DNA from: Nanobdellota archaeon
Lineage (GTDB): Archaea; Nanobdellota; Nanobdellia; Parvarchaeales; Parvarchaeaceae
Direction of reading: 5' to 3'
Assembly: GCA_021800365.1 (NCBI GenBank)
Contig: JAJYZA010000001.1
Location: 19,377 to 83,376, forward strand
Length of the DNA stretch: 64,000 nt
Part shown: piece after piece, positions 39,600 to 50,929 of the stretch
Position numbering within the stretch: position 1 is the stretch's first letter
How the letters are laid out: each line of letters begins with the position of its first letter
Position numbers and translations under genes: made by a program
The notes under the pieces: generated by a model
Told to the model about the DNA's origin: nothing
Seen by the model: the letters and a program-made list of their open reading frames with translations, nothing else
The model's database searches: none

Positions 39600-42118
39600 A
39601 ACTTGATTCAAATTTTGTCTTTAATAAAATAAACGGAATAGAATTTGGATTGCTTTCTCCAAAGACTATACAAAAAATGAGCGCCGTAGCGGTTACTTCA
39701 TCTGAATTATATGACATAGATGGTTTTCCTATTGACGGGGGATTATCAGACCTTAGAATGGGAGTAACAGATCCTGGTCTAACTTGTAAGACTTGCGGGA
39801 ATACGATAAAAGACTGCCCCGGTCACTTTGGTCACATAGAATTAGCACGGGCCATTTTCAATATAAAAATGGTACCATATGTATACAATGTAATAAATTC
39901 TACATGCAATATCTGCGGCAGAGTATTGGTGCCGGAAAACACATTAAAAAAATTAAGTGAATCGATTGTATCGACGGAAACAAATGAAGGCAATCAAAAA
40001 AAGAATAAACTAATAAAAGCGATAATAAAACATGCAAAAAATGTTACGGTATGCCCATTTTGCAAGGAACGCCAACAAAAGATAAAATTAGAAAAACCAT
40101 ATACATTTTTGTATGGAAATCAGAAGCTAACACCAGTAGATGTTTTAGAGCGCCTAGAAAAAATAAAGGATTCTGACTTACAATTCTTAGGGCTAGATCC
40201 AGACCACTCTCGACCTGAATGGATGGTAATAACCGTATTACCTGTGCCACCTATCACTATAAGACCGTCTATAACCCTTGAAAATGGGCAGAGAAGTGAA
40301 GATGACCTTACACACAAACTTACAGATATAGTAAGAACAAATCAACGATTGGCAGAAAATATAAAATCTGGGGCGCCTGAAATAATCATTGATGAACTTT
40401 GGGATCTTCTTCAGTACCATATAACAACGTTCATTTCAAATGGCACTGCACAAGTCCCAATAGCAAGACATAAGTCCGGAAAGAAGCTAAAGACGCTTGA
40501 AGACAGGGTAAAAGGGAAGGAGGGCCGATTTAGAGGTTCTGTATTAGGAAAACGAGTAAACTACGGTGCACGTTCCGTAATTGCTCCAGATTCATTTCTT
40601 AGATTTGACGAAGTCGGAATTCCATTACGAATTGCACGAGAGATTACGTATCCGGAATATGTAACGGACATTAACATCGATAGGCTAAAAACCCTTATAA
40701 AAAACTATGATTCTTACCCCGGGGCTAATTACGTAATAACTCCAGACGGGATAAAAAAGAAAATAACTGAGTCTACCTCGACTAATTTAATAGAAGAGCT
40801 TAAACAAGGTTACATAGTTGAAAGGCACCTTATGGATGGTGATGTTGTTCTATTTAATCGACAGCCATCTCTCCACAGACAATCAATAATGGGACACTAT
40901 GCGCGGATATTACCATATAATACCCTTGGTATAAGTCCAGCATCAACGCTACCATATAATGCTGACTTTGATGGAGACGAGATGAATATCCATATATTAC
41001 AAAATGAAGAAGCAATTGCAGAAGCCGACATGCTTCTAAATATAAAGCATAATATCGTCTCCCCGAGACACGGGCTGCCACTTATAGGTGCTTTACAGGA
41101 TTTCATATCTGGATGCGCGATGCTCACTTCTGGGGGAATGATTATAGATAAAAGAACCGCTGAATTTTTACTAGCGAATATCGGTGTTGAAGTTCCATTA
41201 AAGAAGGATAAATATACAGGTAGAGAGATATTCAGCATGTTATTACCGAAAGATTTTAATTTTGAAAGCCCAAGTACTACCTTTAATATAACAAAAGATG
41301 ACAACAGTTACGTAAGAATAAAAAATGGCAAATTAGAAACCGGGGTTATAGATAGTGCAACTATAGGTAAAGAGAATGGAAGCCTGCTTCAATTTATGTT
41401 TGTTAGATATGGTGCGGACATTACCGCGCGATTTATAGATCAGTTCTCAAGATTAAGCTTGATGGTATTATTGAAATATGGAATGAGCGTAAACATAAGT
41501 GATTTTGACATGCCACAAGCAGCGTATACCAAAATAGCGGAGACGTTAAATGAAGGCGAGGCAGAGGCACACAACATTCTTAAAACTTATGGCTCTGCCG
41601 CTGAGCCGCAGATTATAAGCCTTACAAATCGATTAAGATTCCGCGTGAGAAACGTAATAAATACTTTCATCCGCACAAAAAATAATAATGTGGAAAATAT
41701 GATGAATACCGGTGCAAAAGGTAGCATGGTAAATCTTATCCCTACTATAGGTGTTGTCGGGCAATCTCTATTGCGAGATGCAAGGATGACAAACGGTTTC
41801 GAGAAAAGGATAACTTCACATTTTATGAAAGACGATAACGGCTTAAAGGCGAGAGGATTTGTAAAGTCTAGTTATATGGCAGGATTAAACCCGGTAGAAT
41901 ATTTTGTTCATGCAGCGAGTAGTCGAGAAGGTTTAATGGACAATGTCATTCGTACTCCCGTATCTGGTTACATGCAGAGAAGACTATCAACCGCACTGCA
42001 AGATCTCCGCGTAGCAAAGGACTTATCGGTTCGGCTAGGGAATAAAATAGTACAATTTACTTATGGAGAAGACGGGATAGATGTCTCCGCAAGTGACAAG
42101 GGGGACCTAAGGATATAA
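39596..42118 (+). CDS. rpoA1: RNA polymerase subunit A' (Rpo1N)
   Basis: [38 protein letters not shown]. Confidence 0.98.
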   Translation: MKLDSNFVFNKINGIEFGLLSPKTIQKMSAVAVTSSELYDIDGFPIDGGLSDLRMGVTDPGLTCKTCGNTIKDCPGHFGHIELARAIFNIKMVPYVYNVINSTCNICGRVLVPENTLKKLSESIVSTETNEGNQKKNKLIKAIIKHAKNVTVCPFCKERQQKIKLEKPYTFLYGNQKLTPVDVLERLEKIKDSDLQFLGLDPDHSRPEWMVITVLPVPPITIRPSITLENGQRSEDDLTHKLTDIVRTNQRLAENIKSGAPEIIIDELWDLLQYHITTFISNGTAQVPIARHKSGKKLKTLEDRVKGKEGRFRGSVLGKRVNYGARSVIAPDSFLRFDEVGIPLRIAREITYPEYVTDINIDRLKTLIKNYDSYPGANYVITPDGIKKKITESTSTNLIEELKQGYIVERHLMDGDVVLFNRQPSLHRQSIMGHYARILPYNTLGISPASTLPYNADFDGDEMNIHILQNEEAIAEADMLLNIKHNIVSPRHGLPLIGALQDFISGCAMLTSGGMIIDKRTAEFLLANIGVEVPLKKDKYTGREIFSMLLPKDFNFESPSTTFNITKDDNSYVRIKNGKLETGVIDSATIGKENGSLLQFMFVRYGADITARFIDQFSRLSLMVLLKYGMSVNISDFDMPQAAYTKIAETLNEGEAEAHNILKTYGSAAEPQIISLTNRLRFRVRNVINTFIRTKNNNVENMMNTGAKGSMVNLIPTIGVVGQSLLRDARMTNGFEKRITSHFMKDDNGLKARGFVKSSYMAGLNPVEYFVHAASSREGLMDNVIRTPVSGYMQRRLSTALQDLRVAKDLSVRLGNKIVQFTYGEDGIDVSASDKGDLRI

Positions 42119-42119
42119 T

Positions 42120-43241
42120 ATGGAGATACCTGAAAAATATCTACGTGCTTTTAAAAACAAGTACGGTGAAGACGCCAATATAGAAGAACTAAAAAAGATT
42201 TATGAAAAGGCACTTATAACACCGGGTGAAGACGTTGGAGTCATAGCTGCTCAAAGTATCGGAGAAGCAAGTACTCAATTAACATTAAGGACAAAACACA
42301 CTGCCGGACTTACTATAATAAACACTACAACGGGACTTCCACGTTTAATAGAAATATTCGATGCAAAAAAGGATATTTCCACCCCCTTTATGGATGTATA
42401 CTTAAAACCGGAATTTGCCAAATCAAAACAAAAGGCTACAGAATTAGCAGATAGTATAATTGAAGTAAAAATAGGCGATTTGGTTTCATCATATGATATA
42501 TCAATGAAGAGAAAAGCAATAGAACTCCTTTTCGATAAAGATGCTCTCAAGACGTATGGAATCACATTAAGAACGGTATTGAGTAAACTAGAAAAAATGA
42601 AGTTGCCTGTGCATATGGAAGATAATAAGATAGTTATAACGGATAAAACTGCAGACAATGTAAAGAAATTAATAAAGTTACGAAGCAAACTTACCGAAAC
42701 TAATTTATCTGGCATACCGCACATCTCTAGAGCGATATTAAACCGCGATAAGGAGGGTAATTTCTGGATAAAAACAGTTGGTACTAATTTAGAGGCGATA
42801 TTAAAACTCGATGACGTAGACCAGACAAGAACCATATCGAATGATATAATAGAGGTTTCTAAAGTGCTTGGGATAGAAGCCGCTCGAAACCTAATAGTTA
42901 GCGAAGTTTACAACACACTGCAAAGCGTTGGTCTAAAAGTAGACTTAAGACACATATTCGTTATTTCTGATGCAATGTGCATGGATGGGACTGTTAAGGG
43001 AATAGGCAGATATGGTCTTAGTGGTGAAACTGAATCTGTTTTTGCTCGTGCCGCGTTTGAAATTCCGCTAAAACATATCGTAGAAGCGGGTTTATATCAT
43101 GAAACAGATAAATTTGATTATGTAGCAAACAATATTATGTCAAACCAGGTTATACCGGTGGGAACAGGATCAATAAAATTAATAGTGAAAAAAGATGGAA
43201 CAGAAGATAAAGGAAAGACTAAAGGAAAAGATAAAGAATAA
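42120..43241 (+). CDS. rpoA2: RNA polymerase subunit A'' (Rpo1C)
   Basis: [44 protein letters not shown]. Confidence 0.96.
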   Translation: MEIPEKYLRAFKNKYGEDANIEELKKIYEKALITPGEDVGVIAAQSIGEASTQLTLRTKHTAGLTIINTTTGLPRLIEIFDAKKDISTPFMDVYLKPEFAKSKQKATELADSIIEVKIGDLVSSYDISMKRKAIELLFDKDALKTYGITLRTVLSKLEKMKLPVHMEDNKIVITDKTADNVKKLIKLRSKLTETNLSGIPHISRAILNRDKEGNFWIKTVGTNLEAILKLDDVDQTRTISNDIIEVSKVLGIEAARNLIVSEVYNTLQSVGLKVDLRHIFVISDAMCMDGTVKGIGRYGLSGETESVFARAAFEIPLKHIVEAGLYHETDKFDYVANNIMSNQVIPVGTGSIKLIVKKDGTEDKGKTKGKDKE

Positions 43242-43452
43242 TGCAGTTTCTGTAGGCAAGAATTCGACGGTACGAGCTGCCGAGAAGAAGGAACTAGAAT
43301 TTATAGTTTATGCTTCTAACGCGAGTCCTAACCTGATAAAGGATGTTTCAAATCTCGGCGTCGAAATTTATAAATATGAAGGGGACAGTGAAGCTTTATC
43401 AATCGCTTGCAGTAAGTCGTTTAACATTTCTGTTATCGGTGCAAAGAAGTAG
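43195..43452 (+). CDS. rpl30e: 50S ribosomal protein L30e
   Basis: L7Ae/L30e pattern (VG..ST, IVYASN, L..AC.K.F); canonical operon position. Confidence 0.85.
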   Translation: MEQKIKERLKEKIKNNAVSVGKNSTVRAAEKKELEFIVYASNASPNLIKDVSNLGVEIYKYEGDSEALSIACSKSFNISVIGAKK

Positions 43453-43454
43453 AT

Positions 43455-43859
43455 ATGAATATAAAACTAGATAGTGACACCATCTCTTCAATGAATGTTT
43501 TCTCCGATGTCACTTCTGTGGTGCCTAGAGACTGTATTAATTCTACTGATAAGATAATTTTTATAGTCAACCAAGGTCAGGCTGGGATAGCTATAGGAAA
43601 AAATGGTACAAAAACTAAGATGCTGCAAGATATGCTTAAAAAAACGGTTTTGATTATAGAATATTCGGATGATCCTGTAAAATTCTTAGAAAACATTCTG
43701 TGGCCTGAGAAGTTGGTTTCTGGCTATGTGGCTAGCAACATTGAAGAAGGTAAAAAACTAGAGGCGTCCGTTCACGGAAAAATAAATAATTCTAAGCTAA
43801 AACTGGCAAAGACACTTATGCAAAGGTATTTTAATATAATAAGTATAAATATAAGATAA
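43455..43859 (+). CDS. nusA: Archaeal NusA (KH domain)
   Basis: RDC, AIGKNG, IEYSDD; canonical operon position. Confidence 0.9.
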   Translation: MNIKLDSDTISSMNVFSDVTSVVPRDCINSTDKIIFIVNQGQAGIAIGKNGTKTKMLQDMLKKTVLIIEYSDDPVKFLENILWPEKLVSGYVASNIEEGKKLEASVHGKINNSKLKLAKTLMQRYFNIISINIR

Positions 43860-43865
43860 AATCAC

Positions 43866-44303
43866 ATGGGAAATAAAACGCGTGGGCTATTTAATGGCAG
43901 GATGCTCTTAAAAAGAAAGGCGCGGGTGCGCTTTAGTAAAAATAGGAGTCACCCACATTTTTTAGGGACATGGAAAAAATACGACCCTCTAGAAGGTGCA
44001 CCACAAGCACGGGGTATAGTACTAGAAAAAGTCGAGATAACTCCGAAAAAACCATCATCCGGAAAAAGAAAATCTTGTAAAGTGCAACTTACAAAAAATG
44101 GTAAGATGCTAACTGCGTATATTCCTTTTAATAAGGGGGTCTCATTTGTCGATGAACACAATGACGTCGTAGTAGAACGAATAGGGGGGGCACAAAAAGG
44201 TGCTAGAGGCGACCTACCCGGCGTAAAATTTAGGATAACTAAAGTTAACGGGATAGCGCTTAAAGAACTTGTAAAAGGAAGAAAACAAAAGCCAATGAGA
44301 TAA
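43866..44303 (+). CDS. rps12: 30S ribosomal protein S12
   Basis: DPLEGAPQARGIVLEK, VQL.KNGK, GDLPGVKF. Confidence 0.96.
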   Translation: MGNKTRGLFNGRMLLKRKARVRFSKNRSHPHFLGTWKKYDPLEGAPQARGIVLEKVEITPKKPSSGKRKSCKVQLTKNGKMLTAYIPFNKGVSFVDEHNDVVVERIGGAQKGARGDLPGVKFRITKVNGIALKELVKGRKQKPMR

Positions 44304-44304
44304 G

Positions 44305-44967
44305 ATGGAAGAAGAAAAATTAAAAACTGAAAAGGAAGCGGAAGGAAAACCTAAGACGACGGAAAAGGGAGAAGCGCTTCCAGATTTTCAATTATTTGAT
44401 AAGTACAACTTTAACATAATAATTAAAGACCCCGGATTAGCAAAAGTTATATCCTTAAAACCAATTATAATACCAAAAAGCTCAGGTAGATTATCGCAAC
44501 AACGACTAGCGAGAGCAAAGGTAAACATCGTAGAAAGACTGATGGCGCATTTAATGGTGCCGGGTCACAAAGGGAAGAAGCATCTTAGGACATCAAAGAT
44601 GGCTTCGGGTAGATTTTATACTGCGTTCAATATCGTTAATAGCGCATTTGATCGCATACAGAGAGAAGGAAAAAATCCGTTAGAAGTGCTTGTAAGGGCA
44701 ATAGAGAATACTGCGCCTAGGGAAGAAGTTATGAATCTGCTTATATCTGGACAAAGAATAGCCAAACAAGTTGACACTTCGCCGATGAGAAGACTTGACC
44801 TCTCACTAAGATGGATCGCAGAAGGTACATTTCAGTTGTCATTTTCTGGCAAAAAAGCCAAAGATGCATTATATGAGATTCTCATGGGTGCATATAACAA
44901 TTTAGATTCGTGTTTCCCCGTATCAAAACGCATAGACACGGAAAGACAGGCGGCATCGAGTCGTTAA
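44305..44967 (+). CDS. rps7: 30S ribosomal protein S7
   Basis: DPGL, IVERL, NPLEVLVRAIEN.APRE, ERQAASSR. Confidence 0.96.
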   Translation: MEEEKLKTEKEAEGKPKTTEKGEALPDFQLFDKYNFNIIIKDPGLAKVISLKPIIIPKSSGRLSQQRLARAKVNIVERLMAHLMVPGHKGKKHLRTSKMASGRFYTAFNIVNSAFDRIQREGKNPLEVLVRAIENTAPREEVMNLLISGQRIAKQVDTSPMRRLDLSLRWIAEGTFQLSFSGKKAKDALYEILMGAYNNLDSCFPVSKRIDTERQAASSR

Positions 44968-45497
44968 TAAGCAGATTTAGCTAACTTAAAACGCTCAAGT
45001 TTTGGTATTTCATTGCTATAGTCTTTTTTGAATTTTGGGGGGAGTTTCCGTGCAATTATAAATGACTCTAGTTGATTTACTACCTTAGATAAGTTCTTCG
45101 TATTATCTATTTGCAGTACGTTTTTATGTAGTTCTCTAGTTTCGATAAAACTACCATCTAAAGCTTCGAACATTATGTTGTCATATTTCTTTTCTTTGTT
45201 ATACCTTCGTTTAGAAAGGCGCTTTCTAAGTATTAGTGGGTCACATCTAAGAACTATGAATAAATCTATCTTTTTTGAGGTTAAAAAATGTGCTAAATGT
45301 GATACTAATATCGTGTTATCTTTAATGTACTTATCCGCTATGCGTTTAAAAGCCGATATAGAAATTTCTAGTTCTTTATTTTCTGTAATATTGAGATGAT
45401 CCGAAAGTCTTATAAATTTATAACCGAGCCTATTGGCAAGTGCTTTACCAACGGTGCTTTTACCGGTTCCGGGGGTACCGCATATCGCGATTATCAT
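44964..45497 (-). CDS. AK6/Fap7-type adenylate kinase
   Basis: ICGTPGTGKST, SHLAH, VLRC.P..L.KRL..R.Y...K..DN. Confidence 0.88.
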   Translation of the reverse strand: MIIAICGTPGTGKSTVGKALANRLGYKFIRLSDHLNITENKELEISISAFKRIADKYIKDNTILVSHLAHFLTSKKIDLFIVLRCDPLILRKRLSKRRYNKEKKYDNIMFEALDGSFIETRELHKNVLQIDNTKNLSKVVNQLESFIIARKLPPKFKKDYSNEIPKLERFKLAKSAY

Positions 45498-45561
45498 AAA
45501 ATTTTTTTGTCTAAACAACCTTAAATATGAGCTGATATTAATTACATAATATTTAAGCTAT

Positions 45562-47067
45562 ATGGTAACCGAATACCCTCCAAAACCATCTAATTTATTA
45601 GACTTATTAATTACTAATAAAAAGGATGAAATAATAAAGTATTTTACGCCGGAAGGTTTAAAAGCATCTGAATACATTCGGCGGCTAGCCGATAACTTAG
45701 AACTTCTTAATTATAATACCGCGGTTGGTGAGTACGGAGAGATAGGCGTAGAAAGATTCTATAGAGAGCTCCTTGGCCTTTGGGAACAACGCAATTACGT
45801 CGATATAAGACCGGTTCCTAGGAACTACAAAAAGATTAGAATACCGATACACAAAGGAGAAACAAATAACTTGGAAGAGAAACTGAGTATCAAAAAAAAT
45901 AAACTTAACGCCCTTAAGGATAAAGTTATCGATGCACTCAGCTGGGTCGCTTTCCCATTAAAATTCATGTCAAAAACTTACGATTTTATATTAAAAAAAA
46001 CTAATAACCACCTGCTCTCTTATGCAGTTTCCATAATACCTTTTTATGAAACTCTTCAGCTGAGTGGAATGGTGGCCTTTTCTGCATTTGCTTCTTCCAC
46101 GTATAATCTACCATTTTTAGCTACATTAAACACCGTACTAGATTTTACTTTTTTACCGGCATTCATATACGGGGGTGCTGCTGAATGCTTAGCCGCAGTA
46201 GGTATATTGGGCGGAATCGTTGCTGCGGAAAGTCGCTTTTTTTCTGTTTCTAAAATAGATAAAGATGAGATAGTGCGGGACATATCGAAACTTAGTACGG
46301 AGTTTTATACGGTATGGTCAAGATATAATAAATTTATAAATAATTCAAAAGCCGCAAGTGTATCGTTAGCCGAATTAAATGCAACTTATATGCTGATCAC
46401 TACGAAAAACAGCTTTTGCGATAAACCCAGCAGAAAAGAACTTAAAGATCATGACGTGCGGCTTTTAGCGTCTATAGAACATTCACTCGGCAAAAAAGTC
46501 AGTCGTTATAGTATAATTCACCACTCTTTCGAGGGCGTTGGAGGTATAACAGCGATGGTACCTTCTGTGCTCATGGGAAAAATAACCAGAAAGCACGCAT
46601 TTGGTCCGATATTCATAAATAAGAACAGAATAAGTGCACACCCTTCATACGATTTTGCTGTTGCACATGAATTTGCACATGCTGCTGGCGCGATTACAGA
46701 ACCGATGGCGAATTATCACGCATTAAATGCATTTGATGACCTAGCGGATAAATATCCTAGATGCGGTTATGATCTATACGCAACAACGAATCGGCTATGC
46801 TTCGCGGTTAGTGCACTGAGCACAAAAATAAAAGACACTGCGGTCCTAAAAGCCACGCTTAAAAAAGCGGGCGTTCCGACATTTGTTTTGCAAGCATTTG
46901 ATGAAAATTTTGACCCAGAACATTCTCCCGTACCGCCATTAAAAAATACACTAGAAAACATTACTGAATCAAAATTTGCCGACCTATACGCTGCAAGTTC
47001 CTATATAGCGTCAAAATTAGTTGAACATAATGAGGTAAAGCCATTTAGCTATAGAAAATACAAGTAA
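45562..47067 (+). CDS. Hypothetical membrane protein with a gluzincin-like HEXXH domain (DUF3810-like)
   Basis: Central hydrophobic helices; AHEFAHAAG..EPMANY motif. Confidence 0.65.
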   Translation: MVTEYPPKPSNLLDLLITNKKDEIIKYFTPEGLKASEYIRRLADNLELLNYNTAVGEYGEIGVERFYRELLGLWEQRNYVDIRPVPRNYKKIRIPIHKGETNNLEEKLSIKKNKLNALKDKVIDALSWVAFPLKFMSKTYDFILKKTNNHLLSYAVSIIPFYETLQLSGMVAFSAFASSTYNLPFLATLNTVLDFTFLPAFIYGGAAECLAAVGILGGIVAAESRFFSVSKIDKDEIVRDISKLSTEFYTVWSRYNKFINNSKAASVSLAELNATYMLITTKNSFCDKPSRKELKDHDVRLLASIEHSLGKKVSRYSIIHHSFEGVGGITAMVPSVLMGKITRKHAFGPIFINKNRISAHPSYDFAVAHEFAHAAGAITEPMANYHALNAFDDLADKYPRCGYDLYATTNRLCFAVSALSTKIKDTAVLKATLKKAGVPTFVLQAFDENFDPEHSPVPPLKNTLENITESKFADLYAASSYIASKLVEHNEVKPFSYRKYK

Positions 47068-47167
47068 TCTGTGCATAATTTTAATACTACTTAAGTAAAT
47101 CGAAAAATATACGCCGGAATTAATGCTTAAATTGTTTGATTTTTAAGACTATATTATAAGATACATA

Positions 47168-48697
47168 ATGGAAGCGGATGCACTTGCGGAACAATTAAAC
47201 GGAACGGATAAGCTTTTATTGAGTGCTATAAAAGACTCGCCGGGATTTATTTCAGAGCTTTCTGCAAAATTAAACGTAGATAAAACTGCTCTGCTTAACT
47301 CTACTAGAAAGTTGCTAACTTACAACCTCGTAACGGTAATTAATGAGTTAAATTTAAAGTACACACTTTCGGAAAGCGGAAAGATTTATCTTAAAAATGG
47401 ATTGCCGGAATATTTCTTATATGAATTTTTAAATAAAACCTCTGGAGCGACTTATGAGCACTTAAGAGAAATTGGCCTTGAGAAAGACGAATTAAGCGCC
47501 GCAATAGGAAATTTAAAAAAAAGTGGTATACTGCAAATGGACAATAACCTGCTAATGGTCGACAAAAATAAAAGCAAGACTCTCGAGTATAAGAACATGT
47601 TATTAAAAGCGGTTTCCGAGGAAAAACCAATAATAGAGACAGATGAAGTCAAAGACTTGCTAAAACGTGGGATAATACTTAGGTCTGAGACCATTAATGA
47701 GAAAGTTGAGATAGCCCCACTGGGAATAAATGTAATAAAATCCACAAAATTCAAAAAGGATTTGATTGACCGCCTTACTCCGGAAATAATAAAAAATTGG
47801 AGAGGCTTAGAATTTAGAGAGTACAATCTTGAGACTGAACCCCCGATCCCTCTTTCTGGCCGCAAAAATATAGCAAAGGAGTTTATGTCAAAAATGAAAG
47901 ATGTTTTAGTTGCGATGGGTTTCAGTGAGATGTACAGTAATTACGCAGAATCGAGTTTCTGGAATTTTGATGTACTTATGTTTAAACAAGACCACCCAGA
48001 CAGAGATATACAAGATACCGTCTATATAAATACGACAAAAGCTAAATTACCTACTAAACTAGTAAAAAAAGTAAAGAATGTATACGAGCGGGGATTTTCT
48101 GCTGCCAAAAATAACTGTTCAATCGGCTACCAAAGAGTATTTGATGAAAATAAAAGTAAAATTATTATAATGCGCGGACATACCACCGCAACTACTTTTA
48201 GATATATCAATGATTATATCTCTAAGAATAAAGACGCTCCAGCGAAATACTTTTCTATAAGTAAAGTTTTTAGAAATGAAACCATTGACTCTACACACTT
48301 GCCAGAATTCTACCAAGTAGAAGGAATAGTCTATGGAGATAATTTAAACATTTCGCACTTGATCTGGTATATACAAGAATTTTATGCGCGTATTGGAATA
48401 AAAAAGATAAGATTAAAACCAACTTACAATCCATATACAGAACCGAGTTTAGAAATTCAAGCGTTTAGTCCTAAACTTAACAGATGGTTAGAAGTAGGAA
48501 ACTCCGGCGTATTCAGACCAGAAACGCTTATACCATTTGGCATAAAGAAAAATATAGTTGCATGGGGTTTTGGATTCGATCGTATGCTCCTTTTACGGCT
48601 TGGGATGAGCGACGTAAGAGCGCTGTATGGTGCATTTGCTGATTTAGATAGTTTGAGAACTATAGAAACGAGAAAATTATTCGGAGACTTAAAGTAA
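47168..48697 (+). CDS. pheS: Phenylalanine--tRNA ligase alpha subunit
   Basis: FWNFD.L..QDHP.RD.QDT, FRNE.ID.THLPEFYQVEG, YNPYTEPS, GNSGVFRPE. Confidence 0.97.
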   Translation: MEADALAEQLNGTDKLLLSAIKDSPGFISELSAKLNVDKTALLNSTRKLLTYNLVTVINELNLKYTLSESGKIYLKNGLPEYFLYEFLNKTSGATYEHLREIGLEKDELSAAIGNLKKSGILQMDNNLLMVDKNKSKTLEYKNMLLKAVSEEKPIIETDEVKDLLKRGIILRSETINEKVEIAPLGINVIKSTKFKKDLIDRLTPEIIKNWRGLEFREYNLETEPPIPLSGRKNIAKEFMSKMKDVLVAMGFSEMYSNYAESSFWNFDVLMFKQDHPDRDIQDTVYINTTKAKLPTKLVKKVKNVYERGFSAAKNNCSIGYQRVFDENKSKIIIMRGHTTATTFRYINDYISKNKDAPAKYFSISKVFRNETIDSTHLPEFYQVEGIVYGDNLNISHLIWYIQEFYARIGIKKIRLKPTYNPYTEPSLEIQAFSPKLNRWLEVGNSGVFRPETLIPFGIKKNIVAWGFGFDRMLLLRLGMSDVRALYGAFADLDSLRTIETRKLFGDLK

Positions 48698-48698
48698 T

Positions 48699-50351
48699 AT
48701 GGTAATGATAAATACCACAATGAATGAAATGAACGTACTTATAAAGAAGAGATTAACAAGGAAAGATTATGAAGACATCTGCTTTAGATATGGAATAGAT
48801 ATAGAAGGAGACGATAACTACCTAAATTTTGAACTCACTTCTGATAGAATTGAACTTGCATCAAAATTCTCGTTGGCGTGGCTCATAGGACAATTGATCA
48901 ATGTAAAGGTACACAGAACCGAAACCGTATTAGCAAAAAAACTATCGGTAAATATAGAAAATACGCATCGTCCTTTTGTAAACCTCTTATATGTAAAATT
49001 GACTGAGCCGCTCGGTAACAAAATTAAAGAACTACTTACCTTACAGGATAAATTTGATAAGACGGTTGGCAGAAATAGGCATTCTGCGGCGATAGGCATA
49101 TTCGATTTTTCTAAAATAAAATTTCCAATCGAATATAGAGAGGATGACCCTGCCAAAATCTCATTTACCCCCTTAGCCTCGGCTTCACCCAAAAGTTTTG
49201 AAGAGATAATGACGAACACCGAGAAAGGCAGAATGTATAAAAACCTTATTAAGAACAGACCTATAGTCTGGAGACAAGCCGATGAAAAGATCTTTGCCAT
49301 GCCGCCTATAATAAATGCTGATTTTTCATCTGTAACTAATACTACAAAAAGCCTACTTGTTGATATAACTGGAAATAATAAAGAGACTGTAAACGCGCTA
49401 ACAAAAGCGCTTATATTCAATCTTCAGTTTTTCGGTGAAGTCACTGTCATAAAACCAACCTATTCCGATAAAAAAAATGACCCAAATTTAAATTTTAAAC
49501 AAAATAAATTTTTCTTGGATAATACAAATATTTCCAATTTGTTGGGAGAGAATAGCATATCGTTAAAGGAAGCCTCTCGGATCCTTAAGACTATGGATTA
49601 TAAAGTGTTTGAAGAAAAATCAGGACTGATAGTATTGCCACCATTTTATAGACAAGATGTAATACATCAAGTGGATGTAATCGATGATATACTTAGATTT
49701 TATGGTGTACAAAATATTAAACCAATAGAATCTAACTTATATACGTTAGGTTCAAAACTCCGCGGCTCTGAATCCATAGAAAATATTAGATCTTTGATTG
49801 TCGGCTTCGGTTACCAGGAACTTGATTTAAATATCCTCACAAATGAAGAATACCAATTTAAAAAGACGGGAATACTCGCTGAAAACTATGCCGCACTCAT
49901 AGATCAAAAAAGTGGGGACATAACAATGGCCAGAGCAAATCTTCTGCCAGAACTACTACGAACAATATCCAATAACTTGCACAAGAAATTTCCACAAAGT
50001 TTATTTGATATTGGATTTGTGCTCAAAAAAAGTGGTGCAGATGTAATGTTTAGTAATGAGCTGCATCTTTGTATGGGTTACTGTGGCTTAACTTCAAATC
50101 TAAGTGATATACTCGTGGTTCTAAGAAAGCTATTAAAAGATACTTTCGGTGACGAAAAATTGAGTATACATAGTGATGAAAAAAGTGATGGATTTGAGAA
50201 GATGTTTATTAAAGGCAGAGGCGGCTCGGCGTACTTTGGCAATAAAAAGATTGGCGTTGTAGGTGAAGTACACCCGCGCGTATTAAATGAATTCGGAATA
50301 GAGTTGCCGACGTCGGTAGCCGAAATAAACATTGAGCAACTGTTACTATGA
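48699..50351 (+). CDS. pheT: Phenylalanine--tRNA ligase beta subunit
   Basis: MPPIIN, YRQDVIHQVDVIDD, GEVHPRVL; follows pheS. Confidence 0.93.
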   Translation: MVMINTTMNEMNVLIKKRLTRKDYEDICFRYGIDIEGDDNYLNFELTSDRIELASKFSLAWLIGQLINVKVHRTETVLAKKLSVNIENTHRPFVNLLYVKLTEPLGNKIKELLTLQDKFDKTVGRNRHSAAIGIFDFSKIKFPIEYREDDPAKISFTPLASASPKSFEEIMTNTEKGRMYKNLIKNRPIVWRQADEKIFAMPPIINADFSSVTNTTKSLLVDITGNNKETVNALTKALIFNLQFFGEVTVIKPTYSDKKNDPNLNFKQNKFFLDNTNISNLLGENSISLKEASRILKTMDYKVFEEKSGLIVLPPFYRQDVIHQVDVIDDILRFYGVQNIKPIESNLYTLGSKLRGSESIENIRSLIVGFGYQELDLNILTNEEYQFKKTGILAENYAALIDQKSGDITMARANLLPELLRTISNNLHKKFPQSLFDIGFVLKKSGADVMFSNELHLCMGYCGLTSNLSDILVVLRKLLKDTFGDEKLSIHSDEKSDGFEKMFIKGRGGSAYFGNKKIGVVGEVHPRVLNEFGIELPTSVAEINIEQLLL

Positions 50352-50806
50352 ATTGTGAGCTATGCGGACTTTACAGCGATAAGTTTTATAAGGCGGAGAT
50401 AGAGGGCGCTGTCTTAATTGTCTGCAGTCAGTGTTCTAGATATGGAAAGATACTTGATGAAGCGGAAATAAATACGAATGAAAATAACAAAAACTCGCGA
50501 ACTCCCCATACTGTTCTGCGTGAGGAACTTCGTCCAGATTATGCGGGGGTAATAAGTGAAAGCTGTAAGGAAAAGAAAGTCTCCCTAGAAAATCTATGTA
50601 AAAATATATTGATCTCAAAAAGTGAAATGAAAAGAATTCTCGCTGGGAAATTGTTACCATCTGATGAACTTATAAAGAAATTTGAAAAGTATCTTGGCAT
50701 TAAGTTGACAGAGCCTTCTCTATATAAAATTAAAGAACCAAAATCAGATACGACTATATCCTTTGAGGATGTAGTTGAAATAAAAAGAAAACCTAAGCAG
50801 GGGTAG
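50348..50806 (+). CDS. mbf1: Archaeal multiprotein bridging factor aMBF1
   Basis: CELCG..IEGA.L.VC..C.RYG zinc ribbon plus HTH (G.L.P....KKFEK.LGI.L). Confidence 0.85.
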   Translation: MNCELCGLYSDKFYKAEIEGAVLIVCSQCSRYGKILDEAEINTNENNKNSRTPHTVLREELRPDYAGVISESCKEKKVSLENLCKNILISKSEMKRILAGKLLPSDELIKKFEKYLGIKLTEPSLYKIKEPKSDTTISFEDVVEIKRKPKQG

Positions 50807-50879
50807 CGAAGCGGTCAAACGCGTAAGGCTTAGGACCTTATGGCTTAGGCCTTCGAGGGTTCGAATCCCTCCTCCTGCA
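50797..50879 (+). tRNA. tRNA-Leu(TAG)
   Basis: GCAGGGG/CTCCTGC acceptor, TAAGG-CT TAG GA-CCTTA, long variable arm; overlaps the mbf1 stop. Confidence 0.95.
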
Positions 50880-50929
50880 TATTAGTCTATCGGATTAATT
50901 CAAGTCAAATTACTGGAATGTATATGTGT

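Noticed and set aside
28238-50879. Near-identical sequences at 28238 and 50797 as possible att sites of an integrated element
   Set aside because: Both are complete tRNA-Leu isoacceptors with different anticodons, and the DNA between them is core genes
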